Positions 23,903 to 37,500 of a stretch of 64,000 bases of DNA are shown piece after piece. This DNA is from Octopus sinensis (lineage: Eukaryota), in contig NC_043001.1 in assembly GCF_006345805.1 (NCBI RefSeq), positions 113,522,001-113,586,000 on the forward strand. Direction: 5' to 3'. Below the pieces are notes generated by a model. That model was not told where the DNA came from. It ran no database searches and was given only the letters and a program-made list of their open reading frames with translations. Positions within the stretch are counted from its first letter, which is position 1; each line of letters begins with the position of its first letter. A program made the position numbers and the translations under genes.

Positions 23903-24309
23903 GGCGCAGGAGTGGCTGTGTGGTAAGTAGCTTGTTTACCAACCACATGGTTCTGGGTTCAGTCCCACTGCGTAGCACCTTGGGTAAATGTCTTCTGCTA
24001 TAGCCTCGGGCCGTCCAATGCCTTGTGAGTGGATTTGGTAGACGGAAACTGAAAGAAGCCCGTCGTATATATGTATATATATATATGCGTATGTCTGTTT
24101 GTGTGTCTGTATTTGTGCCCCTAGCATTGCTTAACAACCGATGCTGGTGTGTTTATGTCCCCGTTACTTAGCGGTTCGGCAAAAGAGACCGATAGAATAA
24201 GTACTGGGCTTACAAAAGAATAAGTCCCGGGGTCGAGTTGCTCGATTAAAGGCGGTGCTCCAGCATGGCCGCAGTCAAAAGACTGAAACAAGTAAAAGAG
24301 TAAAGAGTA
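23903..24309 (+). mobile_element. SINE family A, full length
   Basis: Complete head to tail. Confidence 0.92.
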
Positions 24310-24747
24310 AATGGGTTAACATTCACTACAGCTGTTTCAAACGTGTTTTGTTATTCAGATAAATTAAAATTTAAAATTCGTTTTGGAGAAAAAATATCAA
24401 GATGTCGAATGTGGATTGGCCGTCCTATTTCTGCAACAAAGAGAAGTAAAGACTCGTTTTAGATTTAGCCAGATTCCATATGTCTATGGGTCATAAAATA
24501 ATCAACAATCAATGTCATACAAAATTATCCCTCTAAATAGCTGGTCATAGAAAAAATATAAGAGGACAGAGAGAAAGAAACAGGGAGGATAAGTGAAGAG
24601 AGGGTAGATTAAGAGAGGCAAATGTAGTGTAGATAAATGTCCTGGCGCCAAAAAGAACAATTTACGATAACATAAACTTACATACACTCATACTACTACG
24701 TGCCATTATGGACACATGCATATATAAGCCTATATATATATGAATGT

Positions 24748-24812
24748 AATCCACACCACCACCTCTTCAGTTATCCGATGGCCGGATAACTGAAGAGATG
24801 GTGGTGTGGATT
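24748..24812. repeat. Hairpin with 30-bp arms (1 mismatch) and a 5-nt loop
   Basis: AATCCACACCACCACCTCTTCAGTTATCCG-ATGGC-CGGATAACTGAAGAGATGGTGGTGTGGATT. Confidence 0.95.
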
Positions 24813-24845
24813 TCCACCTCAGCATCCGAAACTCAGAGTTTTATC
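24785..24845 (+). ncRNA. Type I hammerhead ribozyme motif
   Basis: GAUAA-CUGAAGA-GAUG..(GUGGA/UCCAC stem)..CAUC-C-GAA-ACUC-A-GAGU-U-UUAUC: helix I GAUAA/UUAUC, helix III ACUC/GAGU, cleavage triplet GUU. Confidence 0.65.
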
Positions 24846-24946
24846 ATGGCTACCGAATAATTGTCACATATTACATTTACAGATAAATTCCTCTATTTAC
24901 ATAATATTGAGGTCTCTTCCTTTCTTTTGTTATCTTACCGTTTTTA

Positions 24947-24988
<42 letters not shown>

Positions 24989-25287
24989 AATACGTGTGCG
25001 GACGAACTTATACGCATACATACAGACACACACGAACACCTATATACATATCAATACACACATACACTCATAAACAATTATATAGTCACGCATAATGTTC
25101 CTGCACACACACAGACACATATATATCAGTGCGTTTATTTGTACATATGTACATATATATATACACACCTCAACGTATACACCCACGTACACTTACAAAA
25201 AATCCATACATACATTTATAATTGCACACATATATATAAAGACTTGTACTTACTAATAAATACTTACCTACATAAAATATATGTATG

Positions 25288-25321
<34 letters not shown>

Positions 25322-26914
25322 TGTATGTATGTATGTATGTATGTATGTATGCATGTATGTATGTATGTATGCATGAATGTATGTATGCATGTCTGTATCT
25401 GTGTGGACATTTATTCAGAGATGATCTAGCTTTTAAAATAGAATTGTACGTCAAAAGCTGCACACGTAACACATACACTCAAACTCACACACAGGCGTAC
25501 ACAGTTTCACACACATTGAGACCCGTACTTATATATATATATATATATTCATATATGTCTATGCCTGCATGTATATTCAATGCCATTCTGTTTCCTTTCA
25601 AACACATATGCCATTCTGTTTATATCTGTTTCCTTATTTCTTTCTCATATTTTATATTCTTTCCAAGACATCCAACCCATTTTAAACCATTTTCTCTTAG
25701 ACGTTTTTCTCCCTCTCTTGACATATTTATTTATTTAAATTTTTTTCCTTTCCATATTTTGCGGTTTTCATTTCACTTCTCGTGCCTTTTCTCTTCCTAC
25801 TCTCTCCCACAATCTTTCTTTAACATTCTCTTCATACAATGAAGGAAACCAGTTAATTTTCATGGCGACAACCAATTTATCTCGACAATACCAGTGAAGG
25901 AAGCCAGTATTTATTTTGCTTTTACGTTTCCACATAAATTTAATCAATACTTTTATGAAATAATTCGTTTCGCGAAGTAATTAGTTCCAAACAAAAAACG
26001 GATTATAATACAATATTGACCTTGAAGGGGCAGATACACAATCTCTTGGATATATGTCTCCCCTTGACATAGTGACCTATATTTATTGAAAAGTTGTAGG
26101 ATGCTGTGATGTTCATAGTTTTTTTAATTTCCAATAGAGGTTTCACGTTTTTGTGAGTTGGCTTCAGTGAAGAATCGAACGTGTGTAACCTACTCGTTAG
26201 GTGCCAGTATTTATTTGCACAACTTGTCTCACAGAAGTCACAGACTAATGTTAATGTCGGAGCCTAGGCAGCATCAACATATACAAAAGACTAATTACAA
26301 AAGTAACAAAATCCACTTCAAATTACACCATAAGAATCCATTGGAAAAAATAAAGATACACCATAGCTACATAAGCAGGGGTGGTCAGAACGGCTAAGGC
26401 CTTGATTTGAGTCCTGATTTGGAGTTAAACAACAAGTAACTAAAGATCCATGATAGTTTTAAATATTTCATACATACATATATGCAACACACCAGAAAAG
26501 GATACCGCTAATAGCGCTTTTCTCCAAATTCATGGATTATTTTCTTTCTTATATTTGACAAGGTGAATCTTTTCCGAAATATTATAAAAGTATGAAAGAT
26601 AATACTATAACTTAGATTTGCTTTGTTTATATTGGCTTCGTTTATCTTTATACAGTTTGCCTCACTTCCTGTTTTCATGACTTAAAGGTTTCTTGAAACG
26701 TACCAAATAATATTTAACTCTGTTCTGAGGCTTAGTGACGTTGTGGAGTAGCAAAAAAGAGTAAAAGAATGAATGCAGTGCAGATCAAGCCATGATATAT
26801 ATCGTTTTGTACCAGCAATCAACAGGATGAAATCGAAGCGTCATCGCACAAGTGGAGGAAGAATATGCTATACTCTATGGCCAAAATTCTATCTCTCTGT
26901 TTATCTTCCCAACC

Positions 26915-27025
26915 GAATTCCGCCACACTGCGTGGAAATTTGTGCAAGTGTCTTCTACTGTAGCCTTAGGCAAGCCAAAAGATTGTGAGTGGATTTGGTA
27001 GACGGAAACTAAAAAACGCCTAACA

Positions 27026-27078
<53 letters not shown>

Positions 27079-27406
27079 TTCATGTCTGGTATTTATCCTA
27101 TCGCTCTCTTTTGCTGAACCGCTAAAATATGGGGACGTAAACACATCAACACCGGTTGTCAGACGGCGGGTGGGGGGCATCACAGACATAAAGACACACA
27201 TACGCTTACACACACAGACACAGATACACACACACACATATATACGACGAGCTTTTTTAATTTTCTGTCTACCGAATGCACTCACAAGGCTTTGCTCGGC
27301 TTGAAGACATACCAGAAGACAGTTGCCCAAAGTGCTACGCAGTAGGATTGAAACCAGAACCATGTGGTTGGGAAGCAAACTTATTATTACACGGCCACGC
27401 CTGCGC
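26915..27406. mobile_element. Two opposed SINE A fragments (26915-27020 +, 27090-27406 -) separated by (CT)n
   Basis: Homology to family A on both strands. Confidence 0.8.
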
Positions 27407-27681
27407 AAATCTATTAGGAGTTGTGGGGTAATACAAATTAACATCACTTTCTCCTGGCGACGAGTTTATGGAGGTTAAGAAACGATGATTATTGATTGGG
27501 CCGTATTACATGTCTAAAACAATCGTGATTATCGTTTTGGAATATTACTGTTCCAAACAAAATGCAAAGCAATATTTAAATATATGAAAATATGAAAAAG
27601 TAAACACAAATGCTTTAGAAGAAAGTTTAAACTACAACACAGTCGTGTTTTTAAGGTATGTCTAAGAGAAAAACCGCTTCA

Positions 27682-27737
<56 letters not shown>

Positions 27738-28159
27738 TATATATATATTATATATATATATAGTTATGCGTGTATATGTCCGTGTGTGTGTTTTATATAC
27801 ACACACACACATATACATATATCCGCAATGTACATATGTATATGCATATAGACAGCTAAATATGTATACGTGTGTGTGTGTCTGCTGCAGCTGCTTGTAA
27901 TTTACAATACGACTACCCGCTCCTTTATTTATGACGGGTGTTACCCAGTGAAAAAAAAAAGAACCCTGGTACTTACCCCTCTCAGTTTTTATCTTGACAT
28001 ATATATTAGAGAAAATTGTGTTCCAATATATGCAATAACAATTGTAAATATTTGCGCAGAAGGGATCAGTGAAAATTTAGTAAACGAAAATAGACTCAAG
28101 TAGATTCATACGACATATGTGTATACACACGCACGCACGCACACAACACACACACACAC

Positions 28160-28199
<40 letters not shown>

Positions 28200-28439
28200 A
28201 CACACACGCACGCACAGGCACAAAGTCGCAAATACATTCATGAACGCAAGCATACACATATTTGTGATATTTCTTTTTTATCACAGTATCTTCGTAATAG
28301 AAGATTCACCCAAAATCGGTGTTTCTAGCTTTTTTTTCTTCACGACGTTCTTTCCGACGTGAAGGCAGGTGTATATCATTGCTACGAAATGAAGACTTAG
28401 CCTCGAATAAGTAATAATTGCAGTCTAAATCTCTCTCTC

Positions 28440-28489
28440 TCTCTCTCTCCCCTCTCTTTCTCTGTATCTACTTATCTATCTATCTATCC

Positions 28490-28575
<86 letters not shown>
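28440..28575. repeat. (CT)n-(TATC)n microsatellite
   Basis: Visible directly. Confidence 0.95.
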
Positions 28576-28616
28576 GTGAATATACTATAATATAATATAA
28601 TACAATATGCACAAGG

Positions 28617-29020
28617 TGTAGGAGTGGCTGTGTGGTAAGTAGCTTGCTTACCAACCACATTGTTCCGGGTTCAGTCCCACTGTGTGCACCTTGGGCAAGT
28701 GTCTTCTACTATAGCCCCGGGCCGACCAATGTTGAGTGGATTTGGTAGACGGAAACTGAAAGAAGCCTGTCGTATATATGTATATATATATATGTATGTG
28801 TGTGTGTGTGTTTGTCCCCCTAGCATTGCTTGACAACCGATGCTGGTGTGTTTACGTCCCCGTTACTTAGCGGTTCGGCAAAGGTGACCAATAGAATAAG
28901 TACTGGGCTTACAAAGAATAAGTCCCGGGGTCAATTTGCTCGACTAAAGGCGGTGCTCCAGCATGGCCGCAGTCAAATGACTGAAACAAGTAAAAGAGTA
29001 AAAGAGAAAAGAGTAAAGAG
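28617..29020 (+). mobile_element. SINE family A, full length
   Basis: Complete; ~22-bp imperfect direct repeats AATATAAT..AATAT..CACAAG on both sides. Confidence 0.92.
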
Positions 29021-29099
29021 AATATAATATAATATAACACAAGATATGTTATACTATATTATGGTTTTGTGTATAAACTCTATATTTGGAATGACCCAC

Positions 29100-29335
29100 T
29101 TCAAATTCTGTTGGATTTTACTCATAAGGTATTGGAATCTTACATATCTACCATTCTGCCCCAAAATGGATCTACAAATGCAATATCCCTATATATCTCA
29201 CATCTATTTTCTTTCCTCCACCTCACTCTCTATTTTGTATCCTATCTAAATTAACTATTACTTAACCATCCTCTCACATCGTCTTCGATGAAGGGATTTA
29301 ATTAATAAATATCCTGGAAAGAGCTGTAAGACCTT
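29100..29335 (+). mobile_element. PLE 3'-end relic (GIY-YIG tail-like peptide followed by a decayed hammerhead)
   Basis: KVLESYISTILPQNG resembles the PLE endonuclease end (LES.I..L.P.GLN). At 29281-29332 the motif GTCT-TCGATGA-AGGGAT..ATCC-TGGAAA-GAGCTGT-A-AGAC keeps helix I GTCT/AGAC. Confidence 0.45.
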
Positions 29336-29599
29336 CTATCTATAAATGTTCTAATATCTACACAGCCTTGGTTTTTTATCTCATTAGGCAAAAAATTCAT
29401 ATTTATATATAGGCATGAAACTGAGTATTAGTATTTTGTTTAATAATACATGAAAAATTAGAGTCCTTCTGTGTCTGTCTTACGTGTACGTTTTGTAGTA
29501 TTTAATGCATTTTTCACAACACACACACACACACACACCACTTATATATATATATATATATATATATGCAACATTTATTGGGAGATAAACACTTGTTTA

Positions 29600-30000
29600 T
29601 TCTTTTATCCTTTTACTTGTCTTAGTCATTAGACTACGGCAGAGCTGGGGCACTGCCTAGAAGAATTTTAGTTGAATGGATCGGGCCCAGTACTTTATTG
29701 TTTGTTCAAAGTCTGGTACTTATTGTTTCGATTTCCGTGGCCGAACCGCGAGATTACGGTGACGTAAACACAGCAACACCTGTCGCCAAGTGGTAGTGGT
29801 GGGTGGGGACAAACACACACACACACACACATATACGACGGACTTCTTTCAGTTTCCATCTCCCAAATACACTCACAAAGCTTTATTCGACCCGAGGCTA
29901 TAGCAGAAGATATTTGCCTACATTGCCACACAGTGGGATTAAACTCAGAGTCATGTGGTTGGGAAGCAATCTACTTACCACGAAGCCACTCCCTGCGCCG
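29600..30000 (-). mobile_element. SINE family A, degenerate
   Basis: Homologous head to tail. Confidence 0.85.
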
Positions 30001-31029
30001 ATGTTTGGATGCTATAAAGAATTTAAACCTGGCGGATTTCATTCATGACAATACTTACTCTCTATTTTGAGGGCGTTGGATTGATTAAGGGATGGATGTG
30101 GAAGATTATATATCGTATGCATGATATTGTATAACGGTGTTCTGCCTTTGGGCACGTCCTTTATATGACCTGGGTGTGTCTGTACCCTCTCGTGCAGCGT
30201 TACTTAGATTACTGTAAATTCGTCGACCATGACTAGATTTGGAATGAGTACTGGACTGTTTACCTGTTGCATTTTGCAAGCAGATGGGATTTGAACTCAT
30301 ATTATAGAGAGCCGGAAGATATACCACAAAGCATCTCCGCCAACACGCTGACGATTCTGCCACTCTCTCACAAGCATAGCAACGCGAAATGAAGTGTTTT
30401 TTCTGAAGAACAAAATACGCCAGCCGTGTCCTGGAATAGAACCTATGATTTAGCAATTGTGAGTACAACCCATAACCATTAGGCCACCCGCTTTTACTGG
30501 ACGCATAGTAATTGAAAATAAATGGTACAGAAATTTATGTATATTAATAAAAACGCGAGCATATGGATAAAGTTAGGAACTGGAAGTATATACTGACAAA
30601 TTTGGAAAATTTGTATGCATAAAAATATATGCAGCCTCGTATAATGGGAACGACATAGCTTTAGAGAAAAACATTTTTGAGAAAGGAATTTTCCATGAAT
30701 AATGGGAAGAAATATAAGAAACTTGGCGCCACAAGAGACCCAACAGTATGCAACAATTTTTAAATGTTCGTAGTATTATCCATTTGTCATAGTTGAATAT
30801 CCAGCAAGAGTATTAAGGCTGATTTGTAATATATAAAAACTGCCATTCACTGGGAGAGACAAAGTTTATTTAGATTGCTAAATATTTATATTTTGCTACA
30901 TTCTCTGTTTAATAAATTACTCCAATTTCAAAACGAATTATTTTCATAAAATAATTTTTACGAATTCAAAGACTCTCGGAATTTTCAATGTTGACATTTT
31001 GACTTTCAACATATGTCTTTTTTTCTTTT

Positions 31030-31235
31030 ATTCGTTTACTTGTTTCAGTCATTCGACTGCGGCGATGCTAGAGTCCCGTATTTAGTCGAACAAATCGACC
31101 CCAGGGCTCAATGTTTGTAAGCCTATCACTTATTCTATCGGTCTCTGATGCCGAGCCGCGCTAAGTTACAGGGATATAAACACTCCAACATCGGTTGTCA
31201 AGAGTGATGGTGGGGACAAACACAGATACACAAAC
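31030..31235 (-). mobile_element. SINE family A, 3' half
   Basis: Tail and body homology. Confidence 0.8.
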
Positions 31236-31698
31236 ATTATATATATACACACACACACACACACACCCACACACACACACACCACACATATATAATATAT
31301 ATATATTATATATAATATATAATATATATAATATAAATATATATAAATATATGCATATATACATACATATATGTACATACCTACATATATATGTATATAT
31401 ACATGCATATTTGGGTACATGACATAAAAAAACGTTGAACACAATGAGAAACGAAAACACAAATACAAAAACATGGAAACGAACTTGTTTTTCAAACAAC
31501 GAAAAAACAAAGTACAAGACATACAACACAAGGAATATTCCCCTTCTTCAGTTGTCCCTGTTTCGTCTACTCCGCGTTCCGAAGGTAAGGACAAGACGCG
31601 ACTTCGTTGAAACAATCCCTCCCGCAAAGCAAATTAAATAAAATTTGAGGGAGGGGTAAAAAAGGTAACAAGAACAGGACAGTAAGAACAAAACATAC

Positions 31699-31730
<32 letters not shown>

Positions 31731-31853
31731 TATTATGTGAAATAGAAAGATGAATAATCTTGTTGTAGATTAATCAAAAGTTAACCGATACCTTAGTAGC
31801 AAACGATTTCTGTTCAATCTGCGTTCAGCTCCATTTCTTCCATTCACCAATAT

Positions 31854-31913
<60 letters not shown>

Positions 31914-32109
31914 GACGAGCTACTTTCAGTTTCCGTCTGCCAAATCCAGTGACAAGGATTTGGTTGGCTGTGGTCGAAGACGCTTGGTCACGTGGCTGGG
32001 AAGTAAGCTTATCGTTATTTTGCCTTGCCACAAATTTATGTTGACAGCAATACATTTTTACGTTTTTTTTTGTTTTTAGTATCGAAAGCATTACCTCCTC
32101 ATGGTATCA

Positions 32110-32610
32110 TACCCTGCCGACCTATTGTCTTGATGGCATTATGTTTTGATGGCATTGCATCTTACCGTCATTTTATCAAGAAGTTATCTTGCCTTGCCAT
32201 CATTCTTTCATGACGGCATTGTGTTGTGGCAATATTGTCTTTACTGCGTTAACGCTTGTCTACATTTTCTTTTGATGGCATTACGTGTCCACAGTATTAT
32301 ATCACGTCATTATTTTAGCTTGATAAAGTTATGTCTTGCCGACCTTTTGTTTTGACGGCATTGCATTTTTAACTACATTTTTGTCTTGCAGACATTTGGT
32401 CATTTTGCTTTGACAGCATCATATTATACTGCCTTATTGCTTGTTTTATTGTCATTTTCAATTCACCGTCATTTTATCTTGACGGAGTTGTCTTGCTGCC
32501 ATTGTGTTTTGGCGGCGTTGTATCTTGCTGTCATTCAGTTTGGTTGGCGTTGTATCTTGCTGTCATTCAGTTTGGTCGGCGTTATATCTTGCTATCATTT
32601 CATCGTGCAA
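32110..32610. repeat. Degenerate ~15-bp minisatellite with a 30-bp higher-order repeat
   Basis: Units like TTGTCTTGACGGCAT and TTATCTTGCCGTCAT; GCGTTGTATCTTGCTGTCATTCAGTTTGGT occurs ~3 times near 32514-32600. Confidence 0.8.
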
Positions 32611-34091
32611 GCATTTTGAAAGTCGATAAATTGACTGCTGGCATTTTGCGTTCCTATTTCATTTTCTCGATATTTTCTCTTGTTGGCATCTGAATTTAAT
32701 AACCCTCTCTTCTCTTGCCACATATAAAAGTCAACGTCGAGCCTGACTGTATATCAATACATACATTAAAGAGATTTAACTCTGTAAAATATATTTTGTT
32801 CGTAGCTTCACAAAATCTGACCTCCGTCGTGCTTCCTCCACCGAACAATAATGAAGATATTACCGGTTGTTTCAACAAGGACCGAACCATTCTAAAAAGC
32901 GGGCAAAGTGTATCGTAAAATCTGAAGAACGTAATCAATGTGAGGTTATATGAAAATAGACAAGACAGCTATTATGTGGCGAACAGATGTTTATATTGGC
33001 AAGAAGAAGAAGAAATACAGCGGCGTGATTCCAGTGTTAAGTGTACTGGAAACGGAAAGGCCACCCACAGAGAATAAGGTCCACCTACAGGCAGGCAAGC
33101 TGTGCGAAACCAAGAAAGTTCTAACAACTTAGTTGCATGCATATTGCTCTTTGTTGCCTGTCTTTATATCAGCTGTGAGCATGTTCTACCATACATTGCA
33201 CGTACACACACACACACACATACACACACACACACACACACACGTACACACACATACACAATAGGTATAGTATGTATTTGTTTATACATGTATATTCATT
33301 GTCTATATGTTTACACATATAACATATATGTATGCATATATATATATATATATACATATTTACATACATATGTTTATACATATACGCATGTATATATATA
33401 TGTGTATATTTATGTGCATATATGTATACGGATGTGTACATATATATATATCTTTGTGTGTGTGTGTGTGTACGTGTGCGTCCATGCGTGTATATATACA
33501 CATATATTCAGATATACATATATATGTTTATATCCATATACGCATGTATATATAGATATGTATGTGTGTGAGTGTGCCTATTTATGCATACGTATCTATC
33601 TCTCTCCCTCTCAATGTCTCACTATCTATTTACACACAAACACACACACATATCAACCTTCTTCCATTGTACACGTATCCTCATTACTAGTCTCCCGTGT
33701 GCCCTTACTGTGCCCTTACCACATACCCCAGCTGCTCTTACCAAATAATTTTGATGATTATGATTATGTTATTGCAGTTACCTCACTTCTCCCCTCCATT
33801 CCCATTCTCTCGCTACCCCATCCCGTGTCATCCTCTCCCACTCCGTCATGAATTTTACCTCTTCTTTCTTTGTGTGATCTTTTAAATTTTATCTTGCTTT
33901 TTTTTGTTTATATTTATTTTGTTTTATCTTGAAGCTATTCTCTCTTCCTCATATTTATTTCCTCTTTCTTCATTTTGTCATCACATTTCCTCGTCCTCTG
34001 TCGTCATCATCATCCTCATTATCATTATTCTCATCAATACCCTCATCATCGACATCATCATTATCGTAATCATTATCATTACCGTCTGCCG

Positions 34092-34548
34092 TTACATTCT
34101 GAGTTCAAATTCCGCCGAGGTCGACTTTGCATTTCATCCTTTCGGGGTCAATAAATTAAGTACCAGTTACGCACTGGGGTCGATGTAACCGACTTAATCC
34201 CTTTGTCTGTCCTTGTTTGTCCTCTCTATGTTTAGCCCCTTGTAGGCAATAAAGAAATAAGAATCGTTAACGGCTGGATTTCGCCCGTCCTAACGTTCCT
34301 GGTTCAAATTCAACCCAAGTCAAATTTACTTTTGATCGTTTTGGTGTTGATAAATTAAGTACCAGTTACGCACTGGGGTCGATGTAATCAACTTGTCCTG
34401 TCCATCCGCTACTAATGTTCAGGCCTTGCGCTTTAGCAGTCAATACTTATGAAATAAGTACCAGTCAAGTACTGGGGTCGATGAAATTGACAAGCCCCTT
34501 CCCCTAAATTTCAGGCCTTGTGGCTATAGTAGAAAGAAATTATTATTA
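34092..34548 (+). mobile_element. Cluster of partial SINE family C copies
   Basis: Three repetitions of AAGTACCAGT..CTGGGGTCGATG. Confidence 0.85.
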
Positions 34549-34647
34549 TTACTATTAATTATTGTTGTTGTTGTTGTTGTTAATGTTGTTGTTGTTGTTG
34601 TTGTTGTTGCTGTTGTTGTTGTTGTTGTTGTCGTTGTTGTTGTTGTT

Positions 34648-35087
34648 GAGTGAGAGAGAGCAGTGCATATCATCAAAGAGACACTGGGGTAAAATATTCA
34701 AAGCCAAGTATAGAGCGCATCACCTTGCAGGTGGGGCCCAGTTGGAATTTTCTTCAGATCGAGTAGCTCATCCCGCTCAAAAGGCTCATGAATAATAGTT
34801 GTTTCAGGATGTTGAATGAAATACTCATGTTTCCGGAGTTGAATTATTCAAACCCCAAAGAATTCCACTCAACACATGGTTATGATGCTCCCCTACATAT
34901 CATCAGCCACTAAGGGATATGCTCAACTGGTTATGGTCAAACAACTGACAAGTAAATCTGTGGTATTGAGCAGAATATTTGCTGTAGCCCATCTTTTATA
35001 CCAAGACGAGACAATGTACATGATAACACTTCCAATCAGTTACGATGAGAAGCCATGAGACCCACTGCCTGGTACTGCATCAAGGCA

Positions 35088-35088
<1 letters not shown>
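34648..35088. mobile_element. Family D element (TAA-embedded, non-coding), internally deleted copy
   Basis: Homologous to 57311-57867; flanked by (GTT)n and (ATT)n. Confidence 0.85.
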
Positions 35089-35137
<49 letters not shown>

Positions 35138-35159
35138 CATTATTATTATTATTATTAGT

Positions 35160-35434
35160 CAGTAGTCTTATTTTTATAACGTGCTTTCACGGCACTACCG
35201 AGCGCAGCTCTGTGTGCCTTGGGTATGTGCTGTGGTTTGCTGTAATGCTCTTATGGTTACTGTATTGAAAGTGTTCTGCGTAGGATGTGTGCAGTGCCCA
35301 GTAGTGCTATTTTCTGTATGGTATATATGTTTGTTACTCCTGGGGTTTTGGTTATGTATTTGTCTGAATATTCTTTTATCATACCTAATGCGCCCACTAT
35401 GATAGGAATTGTTTCTGTTTTTAGACTCCACATT
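35160..35434 (-). pseudogene. R4/Dong-type LINE 3' end (RLE C-terminus plus UTR)
   Basis: LKTETIPIIVGALGMI...QKIALLGTAHILRRTLS; (ATT)n on both sides; same family as 53857-55264. Confidence 0.85.
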
Positions 35435-35455
35435 ATCATCATCATTATTATTATT

Positions 35456-35660
35456 AAGGCGGCGAGCTTGCAGAATCGTTAGCACGCCGGACGAAATGCC
35501 TAGTGGTATTTCGCCCTTCCTTACGTTCTGAGTTCAAATTCCGTCGAGGTCGACTTTTCCTTTTATCCTTTTTGAGTCGATACATTGAAATATTGGGGTC
35601 GATGTACTCGACTAGTCTCTTCACCACAAATTTTAGAACTTGTGCCTTCAGAAGAAAGGA
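35456..35660 (+). mobile_element. SINE family C
   Basis: Starts AAGGCGGCGAGCTTGCAGAATCG directly after (ATT)n. Confidence 0.88.
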
Positions 35661-35709
35661 TAATAATAATTATTATAGCTGATGTTGTTGTTGTCGTCGT
35701 CGTCGACGT

Positions 35710-35771
<62 letters not shown>

Positions 35772-35777
35772 TTATTA

Positions 35778-35826
<49 letters not shown>

Positions 35827-35827
35827 T

Positions 35828-36329
35828 GAGTGAGAGAGCAGTTCATGCCATCAAAGTGACACTGGGGTAAAATATACGAAGCCCAGTATACCCATCATGA
35901 CTGCCCGTCTGATAAGGGTACACCAGGCACATGCATCACAACCATATGTGTGCGACATGGTGATCTCATATCAAGATAAACAGCACATGACCTTGCAGGT
36001 GGGGCCCAGTTAGAATTTTATTCTGGTTGAGTAGCCCATCCCGCTCAAAAGGTCCCTGAATAAGGGTTGTTTAAGGATGTTGAAAGAACCACCCATGTTT
36101 CCAGAGGTGAATTATTCAAACCCCAAAGAATCCCTCTCAACACATGGCTATGATGCTCCCCCACTACTTCTGCTCATGTTCAGAGATGCACATATCGTCA
36201 GTCACTAAGGGACATGCTCAACTGGTTAAGGTCAAACAACTGGCAAGCAAATCTGTGGTATTGAGCAGAATATTTGCTGTAGCCCATCTTTTATACCAAG
36301 ACAAAACAATGTACATGATAACACTTCCA

Positions 36330-36330
<1 letters not shown>
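35828..36330. mobile_element. Family D element, truncated at the right end
   Basis: Highly similar to 57311-57812; (ATT)n on both sides. Confidence 0.88.
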
Positions 36331-36389
<59 letters not shown>

Positions 36390-36489
36390 TTTCTTTTATA
36401 TATAAAGACACATTTCTAGTCGGTAATGAAACCTCTTCGAAACTCCGTTATTGGCTAATGACGTTTTTATTGGTAGCTGTGTCGTACTG

Positions 36490-36666
36490 AGGTGGAGATT
36501 GTTGTGTTGGGGGTAGTCGTGGTGGCAGTTTTGTTGCTGGTGGTCATAGTAGCGGTGATGGTGGTGGTGGAGGTAGTAGTGGAGTCTAAGAATGTAGTGG
36601 TGTTGCTGACGGCACTACAGTTTTTGTTGTTGTTGTTGTTACTGATGCTGATGGTGGTGGTACTGG

Positions 36667-36697
<31 letters not shown>

Positions 36698-37064
36698 GAT
36701 ATCAGTAAGGGTCTTCTTGGTGGTGGTTTTGGTGATGTTAGTGTTGATAGTTTTGCTGAAAGTGATGGTAGTGATGGTGATGGTGGTGGTTGTAGTAGTA
36801 GTTTTGTAGTGGTAGTAGTAGAAGTAATAGTAGTAATAGTAGTAGTAATGGTAGTTGTAGTAGTAGAAGTAATAGTAGTAGTAATAGTAGTAGTAGCAAG
36901 AGTGATAGTAGTAGTTTTAGTGATAGTACTTTTCGTAGTAGTAGTGATATTAGTAGTCGTAGCAGCAAAAGTAGTAGTCGTAGTAGTAGTAATAGTAGTT
37001 GTAGTATTAGTAGTAGTAGTAGCAGCAGCAGCAATGCTCGCAATATTTGTAGTAGTAGTAGTGT

Positions 37065-37096
<32 letters not shown>

Positions 37097-37250
37097 ATAG
37101 TAATAGTAGTAGTAGTAGTAGCAACGATGGTAGTAGTATTAGTAGCAGTAGCAACAATGTTGGTAGTAGTAGTAATAGTAGCAAAACTAGTAGTAGTAGT
37201 TCTAGTAGTAGTAGTAATAGCAACAACAGTATTAGTATTTGTAGTAGTAT

Positions 37251-37321
<71 letters not shown>

Positions 37322-37500
37322 TTGGTCGTGGTTGTGAGGACGGTGATAGCGGAGATGGTGTCGCTGTTGGTATTATTAAGAAGGTGATTTGCGGAGTAGA
37401 TGGAGGAGGTGGATTTAAGGGTAGGTGGTGACGATGGTATTAATGTTGATGTTGATGTTGATGTTAGCGATTATTGTACTTGTGGTGGCGGTGGCGATGT
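36490..37500. repeat. Complex (GTA)n/(GTG)n/(GTT)n tract
   Basis: Visible directly; source of the poly-V and poly-L ORFs. Confidence 0.95.

Noticed and set aside
32500-32610. 30-bp repeats as a CRISPR array
   Set aside because: Head-to-tail repeats without unique spacers, eukaryotic context and no cas genes.
36492-37387. Hydrophobic poly-Val/poly-Leu ORFs resembling membrane proteins
   Set aside because: (GTA)n/(GTG)n microsatellite artefacts.
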